Assembly (NCBI GenBank): GCA_963726455.1
Contig: CAVSCK010000005.1
Coordinates: 576,001-640,000, forward strand
Origin: an uncultured bacterium
GTDB taxonomy: Bacteria; Zixibacteria; MSB-5A5; CAIYYT01
Length of the DNA stretch: 64,000 nucleotides
Reading direction: 5' to 3'
Shown: piece by piece, positions 9,788 to 19,609 of the stretch
Numbering within the stretch: the stretch's first letter is position 1
Layout: every line of letters begins with the position of its first letter
Program-made: the position numbers and the translations under genes
Notes under the pieces: generated by a model
What the model saw: only the letters and a program-made list of their open reading frames with translations
What the model was told of the DNA's origin: nothing
Databases searched by the model: none

Positions 9788-10297
9788 ATGATGACATATG
9801 AGGCAGGACGGCAGGACGGAGCCGGAAATGGAGGCACGAATCCTGTTGCTGAGGAGTACTTGCGGCACAGGCGAGCACTTATGAACTACTGCGCATACTT
9901 AATCGGTGATCGAGAGGTCGCCAAAGAGATCGTCCAGGAAAGTTTCCTGCGCTTGATTGGGAAGACCAAAGAGTCTGAGGGCCCGGAAAGTCCCAAAGAC
10001 TGGCTGTTCATTTGCGCCCGCAATTTGTGTTTCAAGCACTTGAGATCGCGCCGGGTGCACAGCTCGTATCAGCCATTGCCGGACAGTTCACACGACGAGA
10101 CCAGCAGCGAAGATCGGCATTTTATCGAACAAGTGCTAGGTCGCATCGAAGCAGAGGAGAGGGATTTGATCCTCCTCCGGGAAGTAGAGCAGTACTCGAT
10201 CTGCGAACTAGCAAGATTGACCAGAGTCAGTGAGGAAGCGGTGCGCGTGCGATTGCACCGAATCAGAAAGAAGATGCAGGAACTAGGAAGAAAGTAG
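9788..10297 (+). CDS. ECF RNA polymerase sigma factor
   Basis: AKEIVQESFLR, WLFICARN (region 2); YSICELAR...VRVRLHRIRKK (region 4). Confidence 0.92.
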   Translation: MMTYEAGRQDGAGNGGTNPVAEEYLRHRRALMNYCAYLIGDREVAKEIVQESFLRLIGKTKESEGPESPKDWLFICARNLCFKHLRSRRVHSSYQPLPDSSHDETSSEDRHFIEQVLGRIEAEERDLILLREVEQYSICELARLTRVSEEAVRVRLHRIRKKMQELGRK

Positions 10298-10756
10298 ATG
10301 GAAAAGAACTGCGAGAAATTCGAGAGACTGATATCAGATCGTCTGGACGGCGAGATTTCGCCGGCAGACGAGTCGGCACTGGAGTCGCATCTGGCCCGGT
10401 GCGAGAATTGCAGAAGCTATGAAGCGTCGGCCATCTTGCTTCGAGAACGGTTGCGCTCTCTACCAGACCTGGCGGATGAATCAGAAGTTTCGTTGTCAGA
10501 GAAAGGGATCGAAAGAAGAAAAAGATTGTGGAGCAGGCGAATATCGTTGCCGCTTCCATTGGCTGCGGCACTGGCAGCGTTGATGCTGGCGGGGTGGTTG
10601 CTGGCACTAGGTCCGGGAGATGTGCGGCCGGCACCGCCAGCGAAAAGATCGGTACTTGTGCAAAGTGTTGAGATCATAAGGGCAGAGCCGGCGCAGGCCG
10701 CCCCTGCCGGGGCGGGCACGATTGATTCGGTTCATCAGAAAGAAGGTGAAATATGA
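10298..10756 (+). CDS. Zinc-finger (zf-HC2) anti-sigma factor with one TM helix
   Basis: CEKFERLIS..LDGE..HLARCENC (HxxxCxxC) followed by a hydrophobic helix; abuts the sigma gene. Confidence 0.9.
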   Translation: MEKNCEKFERLISDRLDGEISPADESALESHLARCENCRSYEASAILLRERLRSLPDLADESEVSLSEKGIERRKRLWSRRISLPLPLAAALAALMLAGWLLALGPGDVRPAPPAKRSVLVQSVEIIRAEPAQAAPAGAGTIDSVHQKEGEI

Positions 10757-11649
10757 TGCGTGTCATGATAGCTGCGATCTTTGCGGTCGGCCTGTTTGGC
10801 GAAGTCAATGCGGCATCAGAGCGTTTTCTACAAGTGGCGGTGGCGGGGTCTGACGATGCAGGCAAGTCGATTTGTCCGGTATCGCTGGTATACGACATCA
10901 ACCAGGAGCAGCTCTTCAGCGGCGCTTATTACATCGCCGACAGCTCGTGCGGAATAACGGCTGAAGTTGCCGGATATCGACTTGGTGGCATGAAGTTTGA
11001 GATGCTTTACAACATAAAGATGCAGACAGACGACCAGGGTGCGAGACTGAGCGGGAACGCGTATGCTCTCAACTATTCCGGTGGAGAGGAAATGGGTGGC
11101 AGCGAACGATCGTCGGTGGAGAAATCACTAACTCTGGGGAAGAAGACTCTGCTTTGCTCGTTTGGACTGCGGGAGGGTGGAGACGTCCAGATGTACGTCA
11201 CGCTGCTGGACAAATGCCCATCGAGCAGCGTTGATTGCGGAGAGAACGCTCTGACTCTGATTACCTCCGTAACCCAACATGGCAGGCCGTTCTCTCGCAA
11301 TTCGCAGACGCAGAAATTGCTGGCAGAGTCGATGGATTTTCGTTCAGTTATGGGGTCAGATAGCGGGGGACTCGTGATTAATTATGCCGCTTCAGTGCGC
11401 ATACCGGGAGGTATCAAGGCGCTCAGGGAAGCGACCAAATGCCGGGTCGAATTCCTTAGGAATTATCAAATCCTATCTCGACCGAGTGATAGTTCCCAAC
11501 GCATGTCGGTAGTGGGTTATTCCTCGAACAACTCGCAGGAGGTTACGCTGGAGCCGGGGAAGGAACTGCGGCTGGTTTTCCCGCCGGATGAACTGTCGGC
11601 AAAGGGAATTGACATCGAGGATACCCTGGTGATTGTGCCGCGACAGTGA
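10753..11649 (+). CDS. Hypothetical secreted protein co-transcribed with the ECF pair
   Basis: Signal-peptide-like N-terminus; 298 aa; ATGA overlap with the anti-sigma stop. Confidence 0.75.
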   Translation: MMRVMIAAIFAVGLFGEVNAASERFLQVAVAGSDDAGKSICPVSLVYDINQEQLFSGAYYIADSSCGITAEVAGYRLGGMKFEMLYNIKMQTDDQGARLSGNAYALNYSGGEEMGGSERSSVEKSLTLGKKTLLCSFGLREGGDVQMYVTLLDKCPSSSVDCGENALTLITSVTQHGRPFSRNSQTQKLLAESMDFRSVMGSDSGGLVINYAASVRIPGGIKALREATKCRVEFLRNYQILSRPSDSSQRMSVVGYSSNNSQEVTLEPGKELRLVFPPDELSAKGIDIEDTLVIVPRQ

Positions 11650-11726
11650 GTGCGCGGCGTAGCGACCACAGCGGTCCAGAACGAATCTCGCCAGGCGGAA
11701 TTTTCAGACGGCGTTGAATGCCGGCT

Positions 11727-12242
11727 TCACTTGCCCGCTTGCGGCCCCGGGGGGAATAATCCCAGTTGCATCAGAGCACTCAGATTGTCCCAGGACAGCC
11801 ACGTCTCGACCAGTTTGCCGTTCTCGATCCGGTGAATACCAAAGACTTCCAGAGACATCTTTTTGCCGGTAGCCGGAAAAGGTCCCATCGGACCTCGCTG
11901 CGTGGCAGTATAGCGGCAATGGAAGGCAACGAAGTCGCCCTCAGCAACCATCGTTACGATCTCAACGCGTGAGTCTGGGAAGGCAGCGGAATCCTGTTTG
12001 AGGTAGCGTTTGAAATCATCCAGACTGTTCACCTGCACATCGGGTGTTGCCTGACAATGGCGAACATAGTTGGCGACGATCTGCGAGTCGAGCGCGTCCC
12101 AATTCCGGTTGTTGACCGCATCAATGCCCTGAACAAATAGCTGTTTGTTTCTTTCCGTCTTTGACGTGTCGGAAGAAACGCAGCCGAAGATGCTGACCAC
12201 TGACAACATCGTGGCAAGGGCGAACACAGTGCTCACTTTCAT
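11727..12242 (-). CDS. SnoaL-like ester cyclase family lipoprotein
   Basis: AFPD...VAEGD...GPFPATGKK...RIENGKLVE; lipobox-like IFGC. Confidence 0.85.
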   Translation of the reverse strand: MKVSTVFALATMLSVVSIFGCVSSDTSKTERNKQLFVQGIDAVNNRNWDALDSQIVANYVRHCQATPDVQVNSLDDFKRYLKQDSAAFPDSRVEIVTMVAEGDFVAFHCRYTATQRGPMGPFPATGKKMSLEVFGIHRIENGKLVETWLSWDNLSALMQLGLFPPGPQAGK

Positions 12243-12412
12243 ACACTACTCCTTTGGACCTCTTTAATTGTGATGTCTCGATCCTAGCTGCATCTACATG
12301 GGAAGTCAAGGAAATAGTCGGGGAGGAGAAAGCGCTTGCCGATCATAGAGGTATGGGTTAATTGAGGGTGGGCCCTCACCCGGTATTGACCGGGTGGATG
12401 GGTAACAGTTTG

Positions 12413-12567
12413 GTAGGTCGAAACCCCTTAGGGAAGAACGCTGGTTTTGATCGATCGCGTTAGTTGGGGTTTCGACATTCGCTGTTGTGCGAGGGTATCA
12501 AATGTCGAAACCCGCGTGAAGGCGTGTCGAAGAACTGGCGGCGGAACCACACGGGGTTTCGACCTAC
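12413..12567. repeat. 155-bp MITE/REPIN-like element with perfect 15-bp GTAG terminal inverted repeats
   Basis: GTAGGTCGAAACCCC at 12413 and GGGGTTTCGACCTAC ending at 12567; two internal copies near 12466 and 12501. Confidence 0.8.
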
Positions 12568-12594
12568 GGAAGAAAGCGGAAGAGACCGGGATTG

Positions 12595-12908
12595 GGTCAA
12601 ACAGGAATGTTTAACCTACTGAGCGGTGAGCAGGGGTGTCAGGTCACGCTCGTGGGGCGAGCTAAGAGCTGACACAACGGATCATAAGGATTCTGTCTCG
12701 ACGGGATTCCTGAGGGCGCGAGAAGGACCCTCACCCCCGGCCCCTCTCCCAAGGGGAGAGGGGAGTAAGGGTTTCGACATACGCATAATTGGGAGTCGTG
12801 AGTGGGAGATGTTGTGGGAAGCCGGGAGATGATGAAGCAGATAAACCCACCCTTGCGGATGGGGTACACCGAGAGCGAAGGTCAAACAAGAATGTTTAAC
12901 CTACCGGA
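12595..12908. repeat. Cluster of REP-like and CCCTCACCC-type palindromic repeats
   Basis: GGTCAAACAG/AGAATGTTTAACCTAC twice (about 12595 and 12880); CCCTCACCCCCGGCCCCTCTCCCAAGGGGAGAGGGGAG at 12728. Confidence 0.75.
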
Positions 12909-12947
12909 TGGTATTTGGCGTGAGACGAATTTCAGGAGAATGAACGC

Positions 12948-15900
12948 GTGACTGGATCGTCGTTGGCAAAAAGTAAGACATCATTAGTGAAAATACTGCA
13001 TAGCTATTTCCCGTTTGGGATACATCTGTCGCGGAAGACCTGGGATTGGCTGGAGGTTTCTACATTATATGGTAGGGCCGAGGTGAGCCAGGTGACGTCG
13101 GGAATGTACGGGATCCGCCTGCTGGTCGATCGCTACAACCAATTTCGTGAGCAGAGTTCGTTGCCGTTGGAGACATTACAGGCAGGACAGGTGTTCACGG
13201 TCAGCGTGATTGTCGATGTGCTGCGCTACCTGGTGATGGCATACTGCCACGACCAGGTTCCGGGCGTGATTCCCAAAGGCCATCAATGGACGAAACAGAA
13301 CAAGGGCGAGACTGTGGCCGAGCGTCCACCGGTTGCGTTTGTCGGATTATTCCCGCCGGTGGCCGTGCATGAGACACAGATCAAAGAAGACGAATTTTTG
13401 CGAAGTATCTCGGAAATCTGCAGTAATCGCGAGACTGTTTCGAGCGAAATGATCCTGCTTGAGCTGGCGATGGAGAATCCGGCATTCAAGAAAGTTCGCG
13501 TGCTCTTTGACGACAGCCGATTTGCAGGAAAGCCGCGCCGTATCAATCATACATCGGGGGAATGGAAGAATATTTCCGGCAACAACCGCCGTTTGCGCCG
13601 CTGGGATTGACTTTGTTCGAATGCCTGCGCGCGCCAATGTTGGCCGCGCCGGATTCACTCGAGGGGCAGTTGGCATACATCAAGCAATATTGGGCTTCGT
13701 TCCTGCCGCCGGAATTGCTGGAGACGGTTGCTTGCTCGCAAGCGACATGCTGAAAGAGGACTGGCGTTTGCGATCGCTGGACACCGGGTTTGCCGAGGTC
13801 ATGCAGTTCGGACGACGCGGGTATGGAGCTGACTATCTTTACGCGGAACACTCGGCGTTTACCCCGGATGCCGACTGGATGTCGAATGTCGTGTTGTTGG
13901 CGAAGCTGGCTTATGTATGGCTGGATCAGTTGTCGAAGAAATACCGGCGAAGTATCAGATTCTTGAGTGACATACCGGACGAGGAACTTGATCGGCTGGC
14001 GCGTTGGGGATTTACCGGACTCTGGCTGATCGGAGTCTGGGAGCGCTCAGCGGCATCGCAAAAGATCAAGCAGATCATGGGAAATCCAGAGGCGGCGCCA
14101 TCGGCGTACTCGCTGTATGACTATGTCATCGCCGCTGATCTCGGCGGTGAGGAGGCGTATCAGAACTTGCGTGAGCGCGCCTGGAAACGGGGGATTCGCC
14201 TTGCCAGCGATATGGTGCCGAATCATATGGGGATCTATTCCCGTTGGGTGGTCGAACATCCGAACTGGTTTATTCAGTTGGAATATCCGCCGTTCCCGGC
14301 CTATCAGTTCACGGGCGTTGATCTGTCGCAGGACGAACGCGTCTGTTTGCAGATCGAAGACGGCTACTGGCAGCATCGCGACGCGGCGGTGGTGTTCAAG
14401 CGGATCGACAAGTGGACGGGCGACACGAAGTATATCTATCATGGCAACGACGGCACGAGTATGCCCTGGAACGATACCGCACAGTTGAATTTCCTGATAC
14501 CGGAAGTACGTGAAGCGGTGATTCAATTGATTCTGCACGTGGCGCGGAAGTTCTCGATCATCCGGTTTGACGCGGCGATGACGCTTGGCGAAACGGCATT
14601 ATCATCGCCTGTGGTTTCCGCCGCACGGCGAAGGCGGGGCGATACCCTCGCGGGCCGAACATGGAATGAGCAAGGAACAGTTTGACGCGGTGTTTCCGAA
14701 AGAATTCTGGCGCGAAGTGGTCGACCGGGTGCAGGCCGAGGTGCCGGATACGCTGCTGTTGGCGGAAGCATTCTGGTTGATGGAAGGGTATTTCGTGCGG
14801 ACGCTGGGGATGCACCGGGTTTACAACAGCGCCTTCATGAATATGCTGAAGATGGAGGACAACCAGAAGTACCGGCTGACGGTGAAGAACGTCCTGAAGT
14901 TCAGCCCCGAAGTGCTGAAACGGTTTGTGAATTTCATGAACAATCCCGACGAACGGACGGCGATCGAGCAGTTCGGCAAAGGCGACAAGTACTACGGGGT
15001 CTCGATGATGCTGGTCACGATGCCGGGGTTGCCGATGTTCGGGCATGGGCAGATCGAGGGGTTCACCGAAAAATACGGTATGGAATACCGCAAAGCGTAC
15101 TGGGATGAACAGATTGACGAGGATATGGTGCGGCGGCATGAACGGGAGATATTTCCTCTCATGCGCAGACGGCGATTGTTCTCGGGATCGGAGAATTTTG
15201 CGTTTTATGATTTCCAGTCGCCGGAAGGCTGGGTCGATGAGAATGTGTTTGCGTACTCGAACCGCGCCGACGGCGAACGGGCGGTTATTCTATATAACAA
15301 CGCCTACAACACGTCGAAGGGGAGAATTCACACCTCGACGCACATCAATGCCGGCACCGGCGATGATGAGTTTTTGGTGACGCGGTCACTGGCGGAAGCG
15401 CTGGCGCTCGATACACGAGAACGGGTGTATTACATCTTCCGGGATTACCAGTCAGGTTTGGAATATATCCGGGCGGGCAAACAGATTGCGGACGAAGGGC
15501 TGTTCGCCGAACTGCACGCCTACCAGTACCTGGCGTATCTGGATTTCCGGGAAGTGTACGACCATGACGGGTCATGGTGGAATCTGGCGAGTCGATTGCA
15601 GGGTGGAGGCGCGCCGAGCATCGACGACGAATACCGCGAGATGCAATTGGAGCCGTTGCTGACGCCGTTTCGCTCGGCAGTCAACGCCGAAATGCTGTAC
15701 AAGATCACCGGCGACGACCGCGCGGCGCGCAAGACCTTCCACCAGGAAATGACCAGGTTCCTGGCGGCTGCGGAGAATTATGCCGGATGTGAGAATGAAT
15801 ATCAGAAGCTGCTGCTGGATGCGATGAACGAGTTGAACGCGGTTCCGCTGGATCAGTTGCGGGAACGGAAGGATGTCAGTGCGACGTTGATCGAGGCATT

Positions 15901-16594
15901 GGCGGGATTCGGACGGCAGTCGCGCCCGTTGGAACATGTGGCGATTGGCTGGATAGCAACGCATCGGCTGGGGAAACTGTGCCGCAAGGATGAACAGACA
16001 CCGGCGCCGGCATTGGCGGAACAGCGGCTGGATGAATGGTTGCTGGGCAAGTCGTTGATGCGCGCGTTCAGCGAATTCGCGGGAAGCGAACAGCACGGAT
16101 ATCTCGATGCGCTGTTGGTGTCGATCATGGTGACGTTCGAAGATACGCTGGCGCCGTACTCGAAAGTCACGATTGCGCAGGCGATGAAGGAGATGTTTCT
16201 GGATGCGCGCGTCGTGGAGTATTTGCAGATACATCGTTTCGACGACGTGCTCTACCTGAACAAGGAACAGCTTGAGCGGCTGGTGAGCGCGCTGCTGTTG
16301 ACGGCGGTGATACAGCTTGCAGCCAAGGGCAAGTTGAACGACACGACCGGATCAATGTCGCTGGAGATGGCCAAGGAAGTCCTGGTGACAGCGGAAGATT
16401 CCGGATATCGGGTGGAGGTGATGGTGAGGGGGTTGGAGGTTAGTGAGCTCACGTGGGGATTGCTCATTCCAATCAATCCAACGGGGATTCCCGTTGAGGA
16501 GTCACAGCGAACTTCAACCATGCACTTTCTGGTAACATCGAAGTTCGAATGGTCTCGTTCTGTTCCTCCGGAGATATCCACCGGCCTACAATAA
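12948..16594 (+). CDS. Large alpha-amylase family (GH13) glycoside hydrolase, split by about three frameshifts
   Basis: ASDMVPNH (region I), IRFDAAMTLAK (region II), LLAEAFW (region III), NFMNNPDE (region IV) spread over ORFs 12948-13610, 13562-13753, 13459-14685 and 14585-16594. Confidence 0.88.
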
Positions 16595-17752
16595 TTAACG
16601 ATCGGGCAAGTTGAAATCCGAGTCTCTTCCACTCTGAGGAGGTCCATCGGCGAAATCGAATATGATCAAATGATGGGGAACGGAGTGGTTGTCTGGGGGC
16701 AGTATGAAGGTAAACGCCGAGATTCTTGACCGAGCTGTTTTCGGTGGTTGTGTCCGTTCACCTGCAATCGTATTTTGGGTAGATAGACGAAAGTCCTAAC
16801 TTCGTCGCCACTTTAACGTTGATTCCTCGCGGCCAGCTTATTCCAGGCTCTTCATGAAATCTCCTGTGACTACTTCCGAGGGGCACGCGATTGCATTCGC
16901 CATTCCGACAAAGAAAGGAAAATTTGCCAAGAATACGTTGCCGATGGATTTTCAGTCTATTCGTCAGGAGCAGTAAACACTCTGTTTGTCATCGGGCACG
17001 AAAATGATGAGAATTTCCGCAGCATCTTGGGCAACGGCCTGATTGTTATCCAACCACCCCCATCGGTATGGGGAGTTGATGGCCCGGTTTCTTCTGACAG
17101 GTTGGCCTTGAACTCCTACTCCTTTCGGACGAAGTTGATCCGTGAACTGTCGAAAGATTCGACCTCGCACGTCGTTGTTCTCGTTTCGGTGAACGAGCGA
17201 ACGATTGGGAAGTAGCGTATGGCCTCTATCCCCGGCGCGGTGACTAATTTGAAGCCAAAGGATCAAAGCGAATTGAAAGCGTTAGTCAGGGAAACAGACT
17301 GTCTACTAGAGCATAAATCGTCGACCCGTCGAGGATGGTGTGGACGAGTTAGAATCCAAATCTATGAGTACAATTTGGGCGCAATGGTCAGCGGCGATGT
17401 CATATTCTTTTTCGTACTCGCGCAACACATTCGCTTCGCGTGCGAAGTCTATGCCAGGAGCCAGCTTTGGACGAATATCCTAATGAACTTCAACGTGCTC
17501 AACGACTTCCATTTGCATCGCTTGCGTATGCGACAATGAGTCGGTAGTCCGCCTAGCGGGTGGGAGTCATGATTCTCCGGCTATCTTGATTTCATGGAGA
17601 CTTCCTGGCGAAGACTCCTCGTTGACCGGTGACGAAACTGCAAGCCGATTTCCATTTGAATTCTACCACAAGAGCCCATAACTTTACCGGTATAGCAACC
17701 AGTGGTATCAGCCCTTGATCTCCGTCGAGTATCGTTTACAAAGGAGGATACT

Positions 17753-17872
17753 ATGTTCAGAGCCGTCGCGATTAACGGAAGCCCGCATAAGCAAAACGGG
17801 AATACAGGAACTCTTCTGACGCCCTTGTTGCAGGGAATGAAGAGCGCGGGATGCCGGGTCGAGCTCTTTACC
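17753..17872 (+). pseudogene. Truncated 5' duplicate of the downstream flavodoxin-family gene
   Basis: MFRAVAINGSPHKQNGNTGTLLTPLLQGMKSAGCRVELF closely matches the N-terminus of 18808-19515, then breaks off at the repeat. Confidence 0.85.
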
Positions 17873-18657
17873 ACCGTTCGCCCTGAGCCAGTCGAAGGGC
17901 AAGAGGTGTCCGTTCATCCTTCGACAAGCTCAGGACGAACGGACATGGGGTGAACGGGTGGTCCTACGACTGCTCGACAAGTTCACGGTTCGCAGTTCAG
18001 GGCGTACAAGCTCAGGACGAACGTTATACGAGGAAAATAGGTGATGGCATTTTGGGTCTACATCCTTCGCTGCTCCGATGGCAGCTACTACACTGGTCAC
18101 ACCGACAATCTTGAAAGACGGATTAGCCAACACGCCACTGGCGCAATCGCAAGTTGCTACACTTTCAAGCGTCGACCGCTTGCGCTGGTCTTCTCACAGG
18201 AATTCCCGACGCGCGAGGAAGCTTTAGCCGCCGAACGACAAATCAAGGGATGGAGTCGCAAGAAGAAAGAAGCTATGATGCGCGGCGATTGGGCGGAAGT
18301 GTCGCGACTCGCCAAATCATCTCATACCGTTCGCCCTGAGCCAGTCGAAGGGCAAGAGGTGTCCGTTCATCCTTCGACAAGCTCAGGACGAACGGACTTG
18401 GGGTAAACGGAAGGTCTTACGACTGCTCGACAAGTTCACGGTTCGCAGTTCAGGGCGTACAAGCTCAGGACGAACGGATTTGGGGTGAACGGGTGGTCCT
18501 ACGACTGGGCGGAAGTGTCGCGACTCGCCAAATCATCTCATACCGTTCGCCCTGAGCCAGTCGAAGGGCAAGAGGCGTCCGTTCATCCTTCGACAAGTTC
18601 AGGGCGAACGGACTTGGGGTGAACGTGTGGTCCTTCGACTGCTCGACAAGTTCACGG
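17873..18657. mobile_element. Putative GIY-YIG nuclease-associated palindromic repeat element (three repeat copies around the nuclease gene)
   Basis: 151-bp direct repeats at 17873-18023 and 18326-18476, partial third copy at 18542-18657; each holds a 25-bp imperfect IR CCGTTCGCCCTGAGCCAGTCGAAGG / CCTTCGACAAGCTCAGGACGAACGG. Confidence 0.65.
18041..18406 (+). CDS. Small GIY-YIG nuclease family protein (UPF0213-like)
   Basis: WVYILRCSDGSYYTGHTDNLERRISQH...YT..RRP...EEALAAERQIKGWSRKKKEA; about 27 C-terminal residues come from the repeat. Confidence 0.93.
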   Translation: MMAFWVYILRCSDGSYYTGHTDNLERRISQHATGAIASCYTFKRRPLALVFSQEFPTREEALAAERQIKGWSRKKKEAMMRGDWAEVSRLAKSSHTVRPEPVEGQEVSVHPSTSSGRTDLG

Positions 18658-18807
18658 CACGAGAAACCCGACATTGTCTGCACGCGTAAGGAGGGGCACC
18701 GCCAATTACCTCTTGAATTCCTCTGGATTCCTCGTAGCTTTACCGGCACAACACCGAGTTACATCAGCATTTGATCTCCGTCAGGCATCGTTCAGAAAGG
18801 AGACAGT

Positions 18808-19515
18808 ATGATCAGAGCCGTCGCGATTAACGGAAGTCCGCATAAACAAAACGGGAATACGGGAACTCTTCTGACGCCCTTGTTGCAAGGGCTGAAGAAC
18901 GCGGGATGCGAGGTCGATTTGTTTTATGCCAGAGACCTCAAAGTGCGGTCGTGCAATTGCCTCGATATGTACTGCTGGTACAACCGACCCGGAAGTTGTT
19001 GCATCAACGATGACATGGAGGAGTTGTATCCGAAGCTAAGGAGTGCCGACATATTGGTTTTGGCGACACCAGTGCACGTTCCGTTGCCCGGCGAAATGCA
19101 GAGCGTCATTAACAGACTATGTCCTCTGCTTGAACCCATGCTTGAGACACGTAACGGTCGCACCCGTGCCAGGTTTCGAAAAGATGTAAAGATCAAGAAA
19201 ATCCTGCCGGTGGTGACATCGGGATGGTGGGAACGGGAAAATTGCGATACCGTGATCAGGATCGTTAAGGAACTTGCCGCCGATGCTGGGGCGGAATTTG
19301 CGGGTCCCGTGGTCAGACCCCATGCCGATGTAATGCGGAGAGATGGCAAGGTCACGGATGATGGAAGATCAGTCCTTGAAGCGGCAAGGAAAGCAGGCGA
19401 TGAACTGATTCGCAGCGGAGAAATCAGTCTAGCCACGCTTGACGCCGTCAGCCGTCCGTTGATACCTGAGGAAGCACTCCGCGGGATCTTCAACTCGCTG
19501 CTGGTGCAGCAATAG
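18808..19515 (+). CDS. Flavodoxin family / iron-sulfur flavoprotein (NAD(P)H-dependent FMN reductase fold)
   Basis: INGSP...GNT, Cys cluster CNCLDMYC...C, ADILVLATPV. Confidence 0.85.
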   Translation: MIRAVAINGSPHKQNGNTGTLLTPLLQGLKNAGCEVDLFYARDLKVRSCNCLDMYCWYNRPGSCCINDDMEELYPKLRSADILVLATPVHVPLPGEMQSVINRLCPLLEPMLETRNGRTRARFRKDVKIKKILPVVTSGWWERENCDTVIRIVKELAADAGAEFAGPVVRPHADVMRRDGKVTDDGRSVLEAARKAGDELIRSGEISLATLDAVSRPLIPEEALRGIFNSLLVQQ

Positions 19516-19609
19516 TCTGCGCTGTCAATCGCGAGATTTGACTTGACGGTGGGACGGGAACGCGGTATTTATAGTCCGTAATTTAGTATCAGGAAACGAG
19601 GAGGGGATT

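Noticed and set aside
9514-9790. oriC call in the rpmH upstream gap
   Set aside because: No clear DnaA-box cluster or AT-rich unwinding element is visible, so it cannot be supported from this window
17702-18749. Short ORFs 17702-17953, 17930-18133 and 18465-18749 as real genes
   Set aside because: They are largely translations of the palindromic repeat (VRPEPVEG/PSTSSGRT-type peptides) or of the truncated duplicate
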